Assembly (NCBI GenBank): GCA_051942205.1
Contig: JAVECO010000165.1
Location: 1 to 52,688, forward strand
From: Coniocarpon cinnabarinum
Taxonomy: Eukaryota
Length of the DNA: 52,688 bases
Direction: 5' to 3'
Part shown: piece by piece, positions 1-13,513 of the stretch
How positions within the stretch are numbered: the first letter of the stretch is position 1
Layout of the letters: every line of letters begins with the position of its first letter
Position numbers and translations under genes: made by a program
The notes under the pieces: model-generated
The model's database searches: none
Told to the model about the DNA's origin: nothing
Seen by the model: the letters and a program-made list of their open reading frames with translations, nothing else

Positions 1-719
1 GGGGAGGGGGAGTTGTTATGAATTTCTGGCTTGCTCAGGAGACGTGGCTGTGTGCAATGCAGGGAGGGACAGCCGAGGTATGATTTGATCACAGGTCTTC
101 ATGTGGTGGGAGGAGTGTTGATACGATATGTTACAGGGACATGCCTTCATTATATTCATATTCTGCCAATGTCTTCTCACACTCATATGCGTCTCCTGCA
201 GCAACGCCACAGTCAACCCTCCCCCGACGGTTGACTCCCTTGAATGTCATCCCTTCACGTCTATCATGTCGACGTTGCAACCAGTCTTTAAACCACGTCT
301 ACTCACACAATTAGACTGAGTCCTTCCTAGCGTCTAACGAACAAATCGAAGATGTCTTATTTTGGGAACCTAGGAATGGACTAGCCGCTGCAAGCAGAGA
401 CTAGATATGAGAGGTAGCTTATATTTATCGAAATGGCTGCTGTGGTCCTATGCCGCATTATATTCACAACACCCAGGACGACAGAATCTATGACGCATGA
501 CATACAATGAGTTCGGAGGTCATTCATCCCAGCTTTTCAGCCGCCCTTTCCGCCGCCCCGGAGCGGCCGCAGCGTAAATCCGAAAGTAAATGTCCGTGTT
601 CCCGCGGTCGTGTGCTGCTGATTACCGTAGTTGGGCCCGTAAAGAAAGATATTCCTGGTGCGAGCGCCCTGCTAGGTGCTTGTTCGATGTTTTCCACTAG
701 GAAGAGGCTCGAACTAGAT

Positions 720-1165
720 TACTGACTCCAGCACGGTCGTTCGTGGACTGATCCGGGATGCTCTTGGCCCATTTGACCAGCCATCTCACGACCTGATGAT
801 GCTTGTTGTCCCCCGCCACGAACTTGCACATCTGAGGGTGATCGGCATCCGGCATGATCTTGGGAGGACCGGATCTTCTGTGACGACCTGTGGATATTAG
901 CGATAAGCTTGCCAAGATACTTTACGACTCGGAGTCCTATTGGCTGCCTTTCGAGAAAGAAGACGATTTCAATCAGGGGTGTGTGTCTTTTGTACGTCTT
1001 TTCAGCAATGTTGAGAAGGTGTCATTAGTCTTAGCTGACTTTTCGGACCAGTAGATGTCCTCTAGGTCCTTTGAGAGTTCAGCGTTGGTGGATTTGATGT
1101 CAGGAAATTGTGATTGCCAATCGTGGCGCTGGGTCCTGTATGGAGTGCCTACATGTATGCATGGG
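720..1165 (-). pseudogene. Degraded fragment of a fungal alpha/beta-hydrolase (DUF676/SesB-like) domain
   Basis: Minus-strand pieces HVGTPYR...IKSTNAELSKDL...TFSTLLKRR / IEIVFFLE / VVTED / DADHPQMCKF resemble the GTPHRGS, CFFE and ADHxxMCKF motifs. Interrupted by a stop, frameshifts and an intron-like segment. Confidence 0.45.
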
Positions 1166-1321
1166 ACAGCGGATAGAGAGGGACTTGGTTGAAGACGGAT
1201 GCACTTAGCTCTCTTCGCGGCTGGAATACCGGCTCAGATTCCATGTCCCTTCCTTCCGGGCGCCTTTGTCCTCGTCTTTTCCTCTTTTCCCTATTTCCTC
1301 TTTTCCCTATTTCCTCCAAAT

Positions 1322-3082
1322 ATGGCGCTCTGTCTACTTCTTTCCATCTTCATAAGCATTATTGTTCGGCCTCGCAGGGCGCGTCGTTTTCACTCTTCTA
1401 CCGAGGGCGGACGACATTTCCAAGCAGTCGTGACACTGACAAGTGTGCCTCTTGCCTCATCTCACGCCGCATTGGGCAGAATAGATCTTCACCAGAGGAT
1501 CGAGGCGCTCCTTCACAAATCGAGAAATTGATGAGCATTGGCGGCACCGCGGGTCTATCGCTAAATCTTTTACACCAGGGTGAGCCCATTTACCATGGTA
1601 GCTTCGGGTTTCGCAAGGTCGCCGCAAAATTACCCGTAACCGGAGACGCCATCTTTCCCATTTGCTCATTGACCAAAGCGGTAACAGCAAAAGCTCTCGG
1701 CCTACTAGTGGACGAGGACAAGGCCTCGTGGAATACTCTGGTCAAAGACGTCCTCCCCGATTTCCGGCCAGAGGACCGGTTTTTGAGCGGCTGTCCCATC
1801 GCACCGGTTGGGCGTGGGACGGTAACCTCTACTATGGGACTGACGATAATGTGCTTATTGAAGGCAAAGACAGCATGAAGTACGTCGTTAGCCACCACGA
1901 GCGCTTGTTACCGTTCCGAGGTCAGTTAAACTACAACAGCTTCGACCACGAGCTGGCTGGCCATGTCATTGAGAAGCTGACGGGCTCACCACGTACTGAG
2001 CTTGTGAAAGACCGTATCCTAGATTCTCTTGGAATGCTACGCACTTACTTCACCTCACCTCCCCCAACCATTTCCAATGTTGCCAGCTGCTATAACGTAC
2101 CAGACGACGGAACGCCCACCCCGATCAGGTGTCCAAGGGAGCGACAATGGCCTCGGCGGCGCAAGTGGTGGCATGAGGACCTATGCAAATGACTCGTTCA
2201 AATTTTACAGAGCTCTACTCAATGCTGGTAACCATCAATTTGCAAAGGGGACGACGTCCACCGAATGATCTCCGATAACACAGGTGAAGCACCTAATGTC
2301 AGCACACATACCGATCCACCGATCCAGTTGGCGAGAGGCTTCATACGCCTTTGGCTGGGCCTGCGTACGGCTCCCTGGAGCTATGGGTGATAATGGCGTC
2401 AACTCACCTTTCATGTTGGATGGAATGCCAATTGTGGGAAAAGGCTAGAGCTCCCCACTGATTTTCTATTATTCAAGGAGTCTGCCCGGTGCCTTGGCCC
2501 TTGCAATATTCATACCCGATACCGAAAGCGCCTTACTCGCCTTGACCAATTCGTTAGCACTGAATGACATCCCTGACTGGGTTGGACAACAACTCGTACT
2601 CGAGGAGTTGCAAGACGTTCCTGTCAGAAATGACTATATTAAAGCTGCGGAGACCCGTGCTACAGGAGCTCTTCAATGGTATCCCAGTACTATTGACGAA
2701 CTTAAAAAAGCACAAAAGAACGGTACATCGCCGAGAAATGCAAAAGATTATATAGACACGTACTGGGATCAAGAAAGGCTTTTTCAAATCAAACTGACGG
2801 GAGATGGAGGAGCGTTGTTCTTGGGCTTTTCAAGGTCTGGACTCAGAAAAATGGCCACTGGTTCATTACCAAAATGATGAGTTCACCTGCATACATTCGC
2901 GCAACGGACTTGCGAAACGTAGTCATTGGGTTGATCAAGGTGCAGGTTTCTGGAAAGCTGACTTCAAAATCGACATTCATGGAAAGATTGACAGGCTCTT
3001 GTAGGTGCACGATACTGGTCTGCCGACGAAGGAATTCCTGAAATCGGCGTGTGAAGGTCGTGATCTTGGATCGAGAAGGTAA
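1322..3082 (+). pseudogene. Beta-lactamase/transpeptidase-like serine hydrolase pseudogene (AmpC-like domain plus C-terminal DUF3471-like region)
   Basis: CSLTK (SxxK), LSHRTG, NYNS (YxN-like) and GASGGMRT motifs are spread over several reading frames. In-frame stops at ~2266, ~2446 and 3002, plus several frameshifts. Confidence 0.85.
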
Positions 3083-4074
3083 GCTTCAAATCCGGCATGC
3101 CAATGGCGCGCTCCATCAGACTTTCTGTCAAATGACGCACGCTTGTTCAAGTCTATTCATTACGATATGAGTATGTCGGTTGTCTGTTGACATGTCTCTG
3201 ATCATGACCCCAACAGCTAGCGGTTGGGTGAATACGAATGCTGACATCTTGTGCATGTGGTGGAGCACGTACAAGCCCGTAGACGACCTTCGTGACTCCT
3301 TTAAACGAAGGCAAAGTCCAACACGAGGGCATGGAAGAGTCTTGCCAGTTTTACCGCTTCGTATCGGTGCATGAAAAATATTCCGGGATCCGTGCGGGAA
3401 GTTATGAGTGTGTCACCGCAAAATTTTACACTGGACGCCGGCCAATTAGCACAGAATTTGGCAATGCATATCGCGTGTTCATGCCACGCGATTGATCAGT
3501 GACTCAGTCTGATTGTTGATTTTGAGCACGTGATGTAGTTCGTGTCGGATGATTGGCCATCCTGACGGACCAGCATTTCTCCGGGTCTTTCCCAAGACTC
3601 GCGGAAATTCGGGGCGCTGCCGGGGCGCAATCGAGGGATTTTCGGGGCTGCATAGCCCCCAAATGAGGATCGAGTTAGTGGCTTGCCTGGGTGTAGTTTA
3701 GCCTCCATAACACTCCCGCATCCCCCGTGGATTAGGGGTTGTTCGGCGTATGAATTCTACTACTACACTACTACTACTGCTTCATTGCTATATCATCGAT
3801 TTGCCATCGTGCAGCCGCAGGCAGACAAGAGCCATCCTCGAAACAGTCCATCCATCACGAGCACACACAGCCAACATCGTCAATCACACTCAAATGGTAA
3901 GAAGCTTATCCGACATGGATGTCTCCAGTCATGAGAGCGTAAAGACCATAGAAACATAATTGGTTTTTGTTGCGGTACACTGTAGTCCTTCCTCTGGCTC
4001 ACCTCCTTCGCTTTGCTGTAGCTATTAGTAGATTGAGAACTATTACACGATTGGTTCTAGTATATCTCCTTCTA

Positions 4075-4350
4075 ATGGGAGCGTGCGCCAGCCAGCCACG
4101 ACCGCATCGAGCCGAGCCGATGACACCAATGACCCCACTGACACCACTCCCGAACAGAATGCATAACGCAGCGTCTCAAAATCACAACCGATGCAAAGGC
4201 GATCTCCATGAATACAGCCTCGAGCCATCGAAGTGGGACAGATCGCTTCACTTATGCTCTTCCACTGACGCCATAGTCGTCATGACACGTCTCTGGAATT
4301 TGCCGAATAGGTGTAGGCGCCTTCCGCAGGAGGTCAGCCGTGCCCTGTGA
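4075..4350 (+). CDS. Possible small protein (91 aa) starting MGACAS (myristoylation/palmitoylation-like)
   Basis: ATG 4075 lies in ORF 3967-4350. Upstream are a CA-rich leader and a possible 5' intron 3897-4021 (GTAAGA...GCTCAC...TAG). Confidence 0.25.
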   Translation: MGACASQPRPHRAEPMTPMTPLTPLPNRMHNAASQNHNRCKGDLHEYSLEPSKWDRSLHLCSSTDAIVVMTRLWNLPNRCRRLPQEVSRAL

Positions 4351-4930
4351 ATAGACTTGGATTTGGCGATCTGACTCAAACAATGATCGAGCCATTTCCG
4401 CTTTCCAGATATAACGCTTCCTTTGCGAGACAGGTACCTTGCACTGCTTCGTCGGCTAAGGTTGCTAGAAAATTGTGGTAGTACTAGTAGCAGCGACAGT
4501 GGGTAATGTTTATTCACTGATCTCGTGGCGCTACATGACCTGCTTTTGCCTAGTGGCATTATAAGATACTGTGCAATAATAAACAACTACTTAACCGAGT
4601 TAGACTCAAGTCCTCGGACGGCGACAGATTATTTTGCAAGTAGAATTTCGCGTAATTGCAACACAAACGTATGCTGATCGCTTCCTCGAAATGAAGTTGT
4701 ATGCGCAGGTGCTAGAACTTGTCCATATTCCTCTTGGCGTCGCTTAGCTTCTTCACTTAGCTGAACGACAGAGCTCAAAGATGCCTGTCCAATGCCGCGT
4801 CACCCCTCACCCTCTCCCAACGTACATAAAGCGCCACTGAATAATATCCGGCAATTTTCCGAACGGAGAGACTCCCAACAACGGAGCCTTAGCTACCAGC
4901 CATGAGGACGGCCAGGCTCATCCGATTCGC

Positions 4931-7263
4931 TTAGAATTCATGCGTCGTCACGCTCGCCAATCGTTCCACATCATGATTCAAGGGAATCTGCCGCGGTCCA
5001 CGCGCCTTCTCCGTACCCACACTCGACCCCGCCGCAGGAATGACAGCCACATCTATCGGATCCAGCTTCGGCGGATCCACGCGTCGCCGCAGCACGCCTC
5101 TGAGAAAAGCATATCTCAATTGCTTCAAGGCGAAAGCCATGAAACTCCGCGTGGGGATCGAGAAACGAGCGTCGAGCGCCTCTAGCGTTTGGTTACCCGT
5201 TTCAGGAACAAAGAAGAGGACGCAGAAGAAGCCAATCAGGCACCACGCGGCGTACCAAACAAAGGTGCCAGTGGTTCCGTATGAGTGAATGAAAGGCGGA
5301 AACGTGATGCAGAGAAGGAAGTTAAAGAACCAGAGGATGGCAGTGAAGAGGGACATTGCTGTAGTTTCATCAGCGCTGGTTGATCAACAATTCGAGAGAT
5401 AGCGGGTGTGCGTGTAGAAGCATGCCAAGGCTAGAATAAGATTACAAATCCGAGATAGACTTACCGAGGTCACGGACATAGAGCGGCATGCACTCCGAGC
5501 AATAGGTGAAAGGCACTGGACCCTCGCCAGGGGAGTAAACCGCACTGAACAGGTACATGCCAATGACGACGAGTGCTTTCTTCGATGCCGCAGATTTGGC
5601 CACGAAGGCGAGGCCAGTGAAGAGTTGAAAAATGGCCATGAGTGGAAAGGTGAACAAGAGGAGATTGCGTCGACCAAAAGTGTCGATCAGTTTGACGGCT
5701 GGCAGGGCGAACACGAAGTTGATAATGCCGAAGCCCATACTGAAAAGAAGTGCCTTGTCGACTGGCCACTCAGCAGAGACGAAAACGAGCCCGCTGAAGT
5801 ACGCGAGAACGTTGACACCGCAGAATTGCTGGAAAAACATGACGATTGTGCCTGCACGGAGGGCTCGACGATTTCGAGGTACTGTAAACATCTCGATGAA
5901 GCGGGGCCGCTGTTCTTTGATCTTTTCCTCTTCGACTAGCGTGTGGTAAATGAGGAACATGTCTCGAGCTCCGAGAAGACGGCTGCCGCGGAGTTTCTTC
6001 AGCGCTGAAAAAGCTTGACGGAAGCGTTGGGTGCGTTTAGACTGTGTCTTGGCAATGCGACCTTTTTCAATGAGCCAGCGAGGACTTTCGGGAAGGAGGA
6101 GGACGTATCCCATGACGAGGATAGGCAGTATCATGGGACTTCCTATCATGAGTCGCCATGGAAGATTGCTGTTTGGACCTCCCACCCCTCTGAAAATGGG
6201 ACCACAGACATAACCAAGCATGATACCGAAAGCTGTCCACATTTGCTACGAAATCATGTTTAAGTCACCTTCTCGAGATCAAATGGGGAGAAGTGTCAGA
6301 TGTACGTACCCACATCATTACTAGAGCGCCGCGAATCCGGAAAGGGGCAGCCTCTGCAGCATAGACGGGTACTGTCGAGGACTTGGGTCCCATACCTAGC
6401 CCCAGCAAGAAGCTTAATGCTCAACATCAGTTTCATGGTTTTTCGAAAGCACTCGAGAATGCGCAAATCGAGCTCACCGTGCCACGAAGAGGCCTTGCCA
6501 GCTCTGCGCAAGGGCTTGTCCAAGGCATGTCACACTGGCAATGAAACAAGAGACGAAAATAGTCCATCTTCGGCCCAGAAATTTATTCATGGGATCTGAA
6601 AGCCAACAGCCCACGACTGCACAGGCAAGATACGGCGCAGAGTTGAGAAGTCCTAGAAGAGTAGAAGGATCTTGCGCCGTGCCACCGACGCCAAGGGTCG
6701 TACGATATGACTAAAAAAGAATGAGTTTAGTCGTCAAGTATCATATGAGGAGCAGTAGCCCGAAGCTTACATCGACGATTTGAGCTTGGTTGATGGCGGT
6801 CTCATCCCTAAGTAAAATGTCAGCGGGCATCCATACAGGATGACAGTGGCGGCGACCGGATGTGTTCGACATACCATCCTTGCACCGCAGCGCCCATGCT
6901 GCAGCAGCCAACCAGCGCATATAACAGAAAAGGCTGACGCCATTTGTGATCACGCTCCATGATCAAGGCTTCATTCTCCTCAGGCTTCAGGACAAGACCA
7001 TCATCGCGCGTCTTTCGGAAGGCGGCGTCGTCCTGAGCAAGGTAAGCACCCTTGCGGATCACCTGACCCCACTCTTCCTCGATATTAGAAAAAGACATGA
7101 AATCATCGATGAGGGCCTCCATGTCTGCACGGCTCTTGCCATTGAGCGGGTTGAGCAGCAAGCCATTGATGGAGAAATCAAAGTCATCCTTCTTGGCGTG
7201 GCTGCGGGTGCGTCTGGTGGGGGAGCCCATAGTAGCGACAGAGGAGAAATCAGGAGTCTTCAT
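4931..7263 (-). CDS. MFS sugar porter (myo-inositol/polyol transporter-like), multi-exon
   Basis: [64 protein letters not shown] motifs; GT-AG introns join ORFs 6820-7263, 5442-6242 and 4931-5356. Confidence 0.93.
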
Positions 7264-9007
7264 CTTGGGTGAGGGTCAAGGGACGAGCAAGAGACAAGGA
7301 GAGCAGAGCCGGCGACACACGGGGGCACAGTGCATGGACAGCGTAGTCGAGCAAAAGCGAGAAGTCGATTGATATGGCCAAAGCGGGCTACAAGAAGGTC
7401 GAGCCTGATGGAGGCTTAGCGGGTGGGAGCAGCTGTAGGCGACCGAAGATGAAGCAAGGCAACGGGGCTTTGCAGCGTGTGTCACGTCTAACGAATGGCC
7501 CACGAAGACGGCGGCGGGAGAGAGAAGAGGGGCAAGCGAGAGTCGGGCAGAGAGAAAGCTTGGACAATGAGGCTGAGCAGCAGAGTCAAGGCAGTGGGAG
7601 TAGAGTGTAGAGTGTATGCAAGGCAAACGAGTGGAAGAAGAAAGGCGTGCATGTGAGGTCTGGGCTGGTCTGGTGACAGCGCGGCGCAGTGTCAGAGCTC
7701 CTGGCACTAGCTTAATTGGATCCTGCGCGTGAAAGAGTGCCAGTGGGCGAGTCAACCCTAAATATCACCCAGGACCCACACGTCTGGGCCGGGCGCTAAC
7801 CTGCTGGCTCAACTTTAATCCTTTAACCCCGGTCCGCTGTTCATGCCACTGCCGCTGCCCTTGTCCAGTCCATTCTCGTCACTGCAGAGGCCGCAACATC
7901 TCTCCATCAATCTCCAGTCTCGTTGCCAATGCGGCGTGTAGCACACTTGAGTCGTTGCAGCATGCACCATGCACCACAGCCCGCTTGGAGGTGTCACGAA
8001 TCGGAAGGCGCCGAGGCCCCGGACCCAGACGCGGCTTCGACCCGTCCGCAGGCAGCTCAGCCATGGCCATGGAGCTCGGCGCAGACGACTGACTCGAGGA
8101 GCGGGCGTGCAAGCCCAATGGAAGAGAGGAGGCATCGTGCTTGACATTGACTCGGGGGGGGGGCCCATCCCCCCAGCATCGGGGCCGCTTGGCGTGGAAG
8201 AGCCGCTCGCAGGAACTGGTTGGGGTGGCCATCTGACAGAAGAATGACAGGTCATGGCCTACATGTTACATGTATCTCTGGGCTATGTTTGGGGGCTGCT
8301 GTGTTCCTGTGTTCCTGTGTTCCGTGGAAGCATCAGGTAACAACACAGGTAGACACCTTACATGGGCACTGCGGGCCTGCCGCTTGCCTGTCTGCCTGAG
8401 CTGCGTACATGTAGCACGACGGTGCCCGGCTGCCCTTTCACACCCTCGCTTGGTTCAGGTACCTGTCGACCTACCTACTTCTCTCTTGTTCTCCTCCTCT
8501 TCACCACAAGGCACAGCCTGACATTCGCTACCGACGCAAGCTCCTCCCATCTCCCATTTCCCACGTTCCCCCGCGCCAGGCAGCTTAACAACGCAATTCT
8601 TCCTCGCCCGGCTGCTGCACACCTTGTTCCCCTGCCGCGCCCACCGCCCAAGTCACCTCGACTACTAGTCCTTTGCGTCTGCCCCTGTTGCCTGCCTGGT
8701 CTGCCTGCACCTGTCCATTGGTCTCTCGACAGGACCTCAACACCCTCACCCTTCCTTCCACCCTTTCTCTCGCTTGCTGACCGTTCGACGCGCGGTCAGC
8801 TCGACGTGCCCCGCCTGCTCCTCACAACCCATACGTACGGTCGTGACAGGTCTCGCGCCATGCTACTTGACAGCCTGCGACCCTCGTTCTTCCTCCACAG
8901 CATATGAATATCCTTGCTCCACGCCTTTCCCCTGGTTCCAAAATCTAATTGTCCGCTCCGGTCACCGCGGCTGCAGCTAGTTCTGCACCTCTGAGACATC
9001 CGCAGTC

Positions 9008-12000
9008 ATGAGTTTCCAGATTGGTGATGCCATTGCGCTCGCAAAGGTAAGTCTATTGCGCCCTCAGCTTTTCCGTCACCTCTCGTCAGCTTGGCCGCAC
9101 GCCTTACTATCACCCCCCAATGCAGCCACGCGGCTCCAGCGTTCATTCACGAGCGGGCTGTGCGTTCGGTGTCGCCCTCGTACTTTGTACTGACGGGTGG
9201 CGCAGGTCGCCGCCGACTTGTACCAGCACGTGTACCTGGTAGCCAAAAAGGCGCCAGACACGTACGAGAGTCTCCTGATAGACCTCGTCACCGTCAAGAA
9301 CGTCCTCGTCAAGGTGCACAATCAGGCACGCCAGGCCGGCGAAGAGAGCTACGATCGTACAGTACAGGACGCCATTTTTGCTTGTGAACGTTCCTTGGAG
9401 AAGTTCAAGCCACTCGTGATCAAGTACAAAAAATTAGGTACGTCATGAACCCCGAGTCTCTCAGAAGCAATTCAGAGAGCGTCAGACATGACAGCATGGC
9501 TGTTAGACTGCGATCTCTCGCCCATCTGGATGTGTAGAGCTGTCTTGCCAAGAAACTTCAGCTGATTGAAAGTTGTGTAGCTTTGGGCAATGGCTCGGCT
9601 TATAGGCAGAGGCTGAAATTACCATTTGACATACCAAACATCGCTTCTGCTCAAGACCAACTACAGCGATCCATCAACACGCTTCAATTTGCACTGCAGG
9701 TCAACCAGGACGTCTCCGCGCCGAGAGCTGTCCCACTCAGGGCTGCGCAACCTGATAGACAGCCTCACATCCACGACCAGTCTCAGGATGACTCTGATAA
9801 CGACGACTATCAAGGTCCTCAACGCAGACTTCTCGATCGAGCAGCGACCAGACAGCCCAGTGTACCGACTTTCCTACGTCAAAGGGATCGGGTGCAAACA
9901 ATGGACAGCTTGGTCCCCGCCCAATTGCAGACGCATAGACGAGTGGACACTTTGGCTTCTTTGCCGCGAGAATCACCACGTCCAACGCAACTGGCACCTG
10001 AAGTCAGCCAATACCCATTCCAGTACTCACCCGACAGCTCGAGCAGATCAAACAGAAGCCGCTCGTCCATTGAATCGCAACCATCGCATGCAGGACCAAC
10101 ACCACTGACCCACGTGCCATCTTCGCCGTCCACACGCGAGCGATACTTCTCGGAAAGTTATTCATCGGGCCTTTCGCGGAACGCGGCTGCGGGCAGCGAT
10201 CGCCAGAGTGTGCACAGTAATCAAAGCAGAAATAGTTTGAGCGTACGAGAACAGCAGCCGCGCATCCCAATCAACACCGACTACAAAGCAGACATTACGC
10301 GATACCTGCAGCAAGACAGGACTTTCGCGCTGCTGGAACCGAAACTTCGCACACAGGCAGATGTCTTTGAGCAACAGCGCCAGCCAGAACTCGAGCAGTG
10401 GCTAGAGCGAGCCACGTGGTGGCTAATCAAGGCACGTCAAATCGCAAGCGCTCTTCGCTCAGGAGACGTTCCGCCCACTCGAACAGCCGACTGGCTCCAG
10501 CGTTCTCCCTTTCATCAAGCCGCCCTGGATGTGTACAAAGCCTGTTACATCTGTAAACATGTTTTATTTGCGAACAGCAATGAGCCGAAGCCGGTAGTCC
10601 AGAAGACTTGGAAAATCGCACGAGAGCTTAGTCGAGCTGTTGCGGACGAGCTGCATCATCGACATGTGGTAGACGCACTAAACCCGGACACAGACTTGCA
10701 TGCGTTGAATATTCAGTTTAGTGAGGAGACGCATCAGGCTATTGAGCATCCGCAGACAGTTCCGGATGCTCTTGATTCCCTAGAAGGCGCCAGCCGGTGG
10801 TTGACCGTCGATGTCGATAGTGCAGGAGGAGAAAACGAGAAAGTCATTCTGCGAACCTTTGTCAACGCCGAAATTGGGTCGCCCGACATGAGGGGCAAGT
10901 CAAGGTCGGCACCTTACTTATTGATAATGTGGTCGCAGCATGCTCGAAGCGAGATTCTTGTCTCGCTTCTCAATCAGATGGGCACTGTCCATCTTTTCTC
11001 CACCCTAACCCAGGAGGACATTGAAAGGTAATCCAGATCGACGCGCGCTTCCATCAGTCTCTTTCCTTTCCTCACTCCACATTTAAGAGGATTCAGTTTT
11101 GCTAACGACGTGACTTTAGGTGCGAAGAGCGCGATCAATCCGCGTTGCGCTTTGAGTGGGAGAGGTGAGTCAAACGTATCCGCTGTTTCATACTCGCACA
11201 CAGCGTGAAGGTGCTTGTGTAGCATGAGGAAGTGCCCTGTTGCTCTCAAGATTTCGTCGTGGTCTCTCAACGATCATTCACTGACTTTCTATCTCAAACA
11301 GTCCGTCTCAGAAGTGTATCATACACTTTCTTAGCGCATTTGAGCTAAGCAATTTCCTTGAGCAGCCCAAATCTTTCTTCAAGCAGATAAAAGAGCGGGA
11401 GCCTAAGCCCGAGGAATTTTTGACCTTTCGCGACGGGCTTCACTCTTTTGTCGAACATGCCCATCGTGGACGAGCCTCGATAGGGGGGCCGGAAACTGTT
11501 CAATCTCACAAGTCTTGCGAGGTCTCACTATACCAGCTCATACCAGATCTGTACTGGAAGACTCGGAGACGTCTCGTCATCAGCTCAGCATTTGACGCTA
11601 CGCAGCCTTGGTGCTACTCTTTCTGGTTACCTCTCGCTCAAGTGCAGGTGCTGGGTGATGGCACTGATGTCGAACTTCACTGGAGCGATTGCAACCAGTT
11701 CAGGAAAATACCTGACGGCAACTACGGCTTCAATCACTCATACGTCTATGATTCGCGCCAACCGAACATCAACGTCATACTACAGTTTCAGACAGCACGC
11801 GCAGCTGACGACTTCAAGGCCGCCATACTTCGCCCCTGGGTCATCCCATTCGAGGACAAAGGTCTGGATCTGCAAGGCGTCTTTAGTTCCTCTGGAGGCC
11901 GCGCAGATCTTCCAAACGCTCCACCAGTTGGCCAAGAACTTTCCATTTGGAGACTGATGGACGCCAACCGTGCTAGCACTTATAGCTCAATCTTGTATAC

Positions 12001-12868
12001 TTCGCGACTCCCGCAGTCGGGATTTGTCTCGAACGTGTTCTTCATGGGCAGTGACGTAGACTTCCTCATCGAGTACGACGTTCGAGACAGCGTGTCCTTC
12101 CATGGCCTGTGGTTGCCGGAATATATATCCAATGTCGTCAACAGCAAATCGCCTCCAGAAGTGCCAGGCTTCTGTGAAGACGTGGACTGGACTTCCGCCA
12201 GCGCGCGGTTCGACTTTGAGCCAAAAGAGATGTCTAGATTCATGTCAACGCTTATCGGCTACGACCTCATCTGGAGCAGTCGGGCTCATAGCATAGCAAC
12301 AAGCACAAAAGTGGGCGCGACCAGATATAAAGACGTTATTGTTTCGCTCTGGAAACGACCGTCTGGTGTTGCCCGGCGCGAGCTTCGAGTCACCGTTCGC
12401 TGGCTAGCTGCCACTGGAAAAAAGGAACCCATTTGGACCACCACACTCATATCCACCGGCAACGGGAGCTCCTGTAGCATCAATTCCAGCAAAGTCACCC
12501 TCAACAAGATCCAGATTGACCGAGGGTCACAACTGGACACGAGGCAACTAGCAGCTGTTGATGACAGTGGGAAACCTGAACAATATAAGAAGCCTTTGGT
12601 CATCTTCATGCAAGACCAACGTATGGCACGTCAGCTGGCTTCGGTTATCAACGCAGTGCTGGACATGGACCCTGTCGTGGATCCGAGCTTTGGCATGTGG
12701 CATTCTCCGAGCAACTCGACGCCCATGGCGACATCGACTCCATCGGCGATGACGCCTTCCGTGGAGTACCACAGCATTCTTGATGGATATCATGATGAAA
12801 GAAATGCATCTCCAAGAAGAAGATCCGAAAAGGAATCTTTTTCACGCATGCAACGGCGGCGAACCTAA
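9008..12868 (+). CDS. ~1,109-aa hypothetical protein with fungal HeLo-like/STAND-type N-terminal helical domain
   Basis: Exons 9008-9046, 9206-9437, 9581-11027, 11120-11164 and 11302-12868 splice in frame at canonical GT/AG sites. N-terminus MSFQIGDAIALAKVAADLY...APDTYESL. Confidence 0.75.
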
Positions 12869-13513
12869 TGCGAGTTGCAGCAGGTTTCGGGGGTAGGCAC
12901 AACGTCAGAACAGGATAGGTGGTGTTCGATGCTCACGAGGATACGACTTTGCACGATTTTTCTCTGTATGATACCCTTAAAAGCGTGACTTCTGCCGTTG
13001 ATAGGCCATTTTAGATTATAGTAGTAATGCATGGCTTCAGAAACCATTTTAGTATGCCTCAGAGATAAAATAAGATTGCTGTGGGCCGTTGCGCATCACA
13101 AGATGCCAGTCGTGTTAGAGACATTACGTGGATATCCTGGAAATATGCAAAAACACTAAGCCAGCCGTGCCGATAAACTGGGACGAAACATCAGAGCCGA
13201 CTACCGGCGTATTGGTAATCTTGGCGTCATCAGATCTCCGGACATCCCGACTTTGATCCGAGGTTGACATTGGACTACGTATCTACAAGGAATTGCGCCA
13301 TTGGATAAGCAAAAATATTCATTGATCGCATAAGCGCGGAATGCGTGTATGATGGAGCATCTGAATCCCGTTGTCTAGGGTCCTACTGTTTTCCAAAACT
13401 TCTCACAGTAGAGCTTTTGCCCCTGCACGTGGAACGTAGATCAGCTACCACTCCATCAACGCTTTTCTTGACTCCTCTGGCTGCTTTCTCGCCGAACTGG
13501 CTAGCGAAGAAAC

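Noticed and set aside
7276..8980. Several 100-180-aa ORFs between the transporter and the 9008 gene
   Set aside because: Low-complexity translations of divergent promoter/5'UTR sequence.
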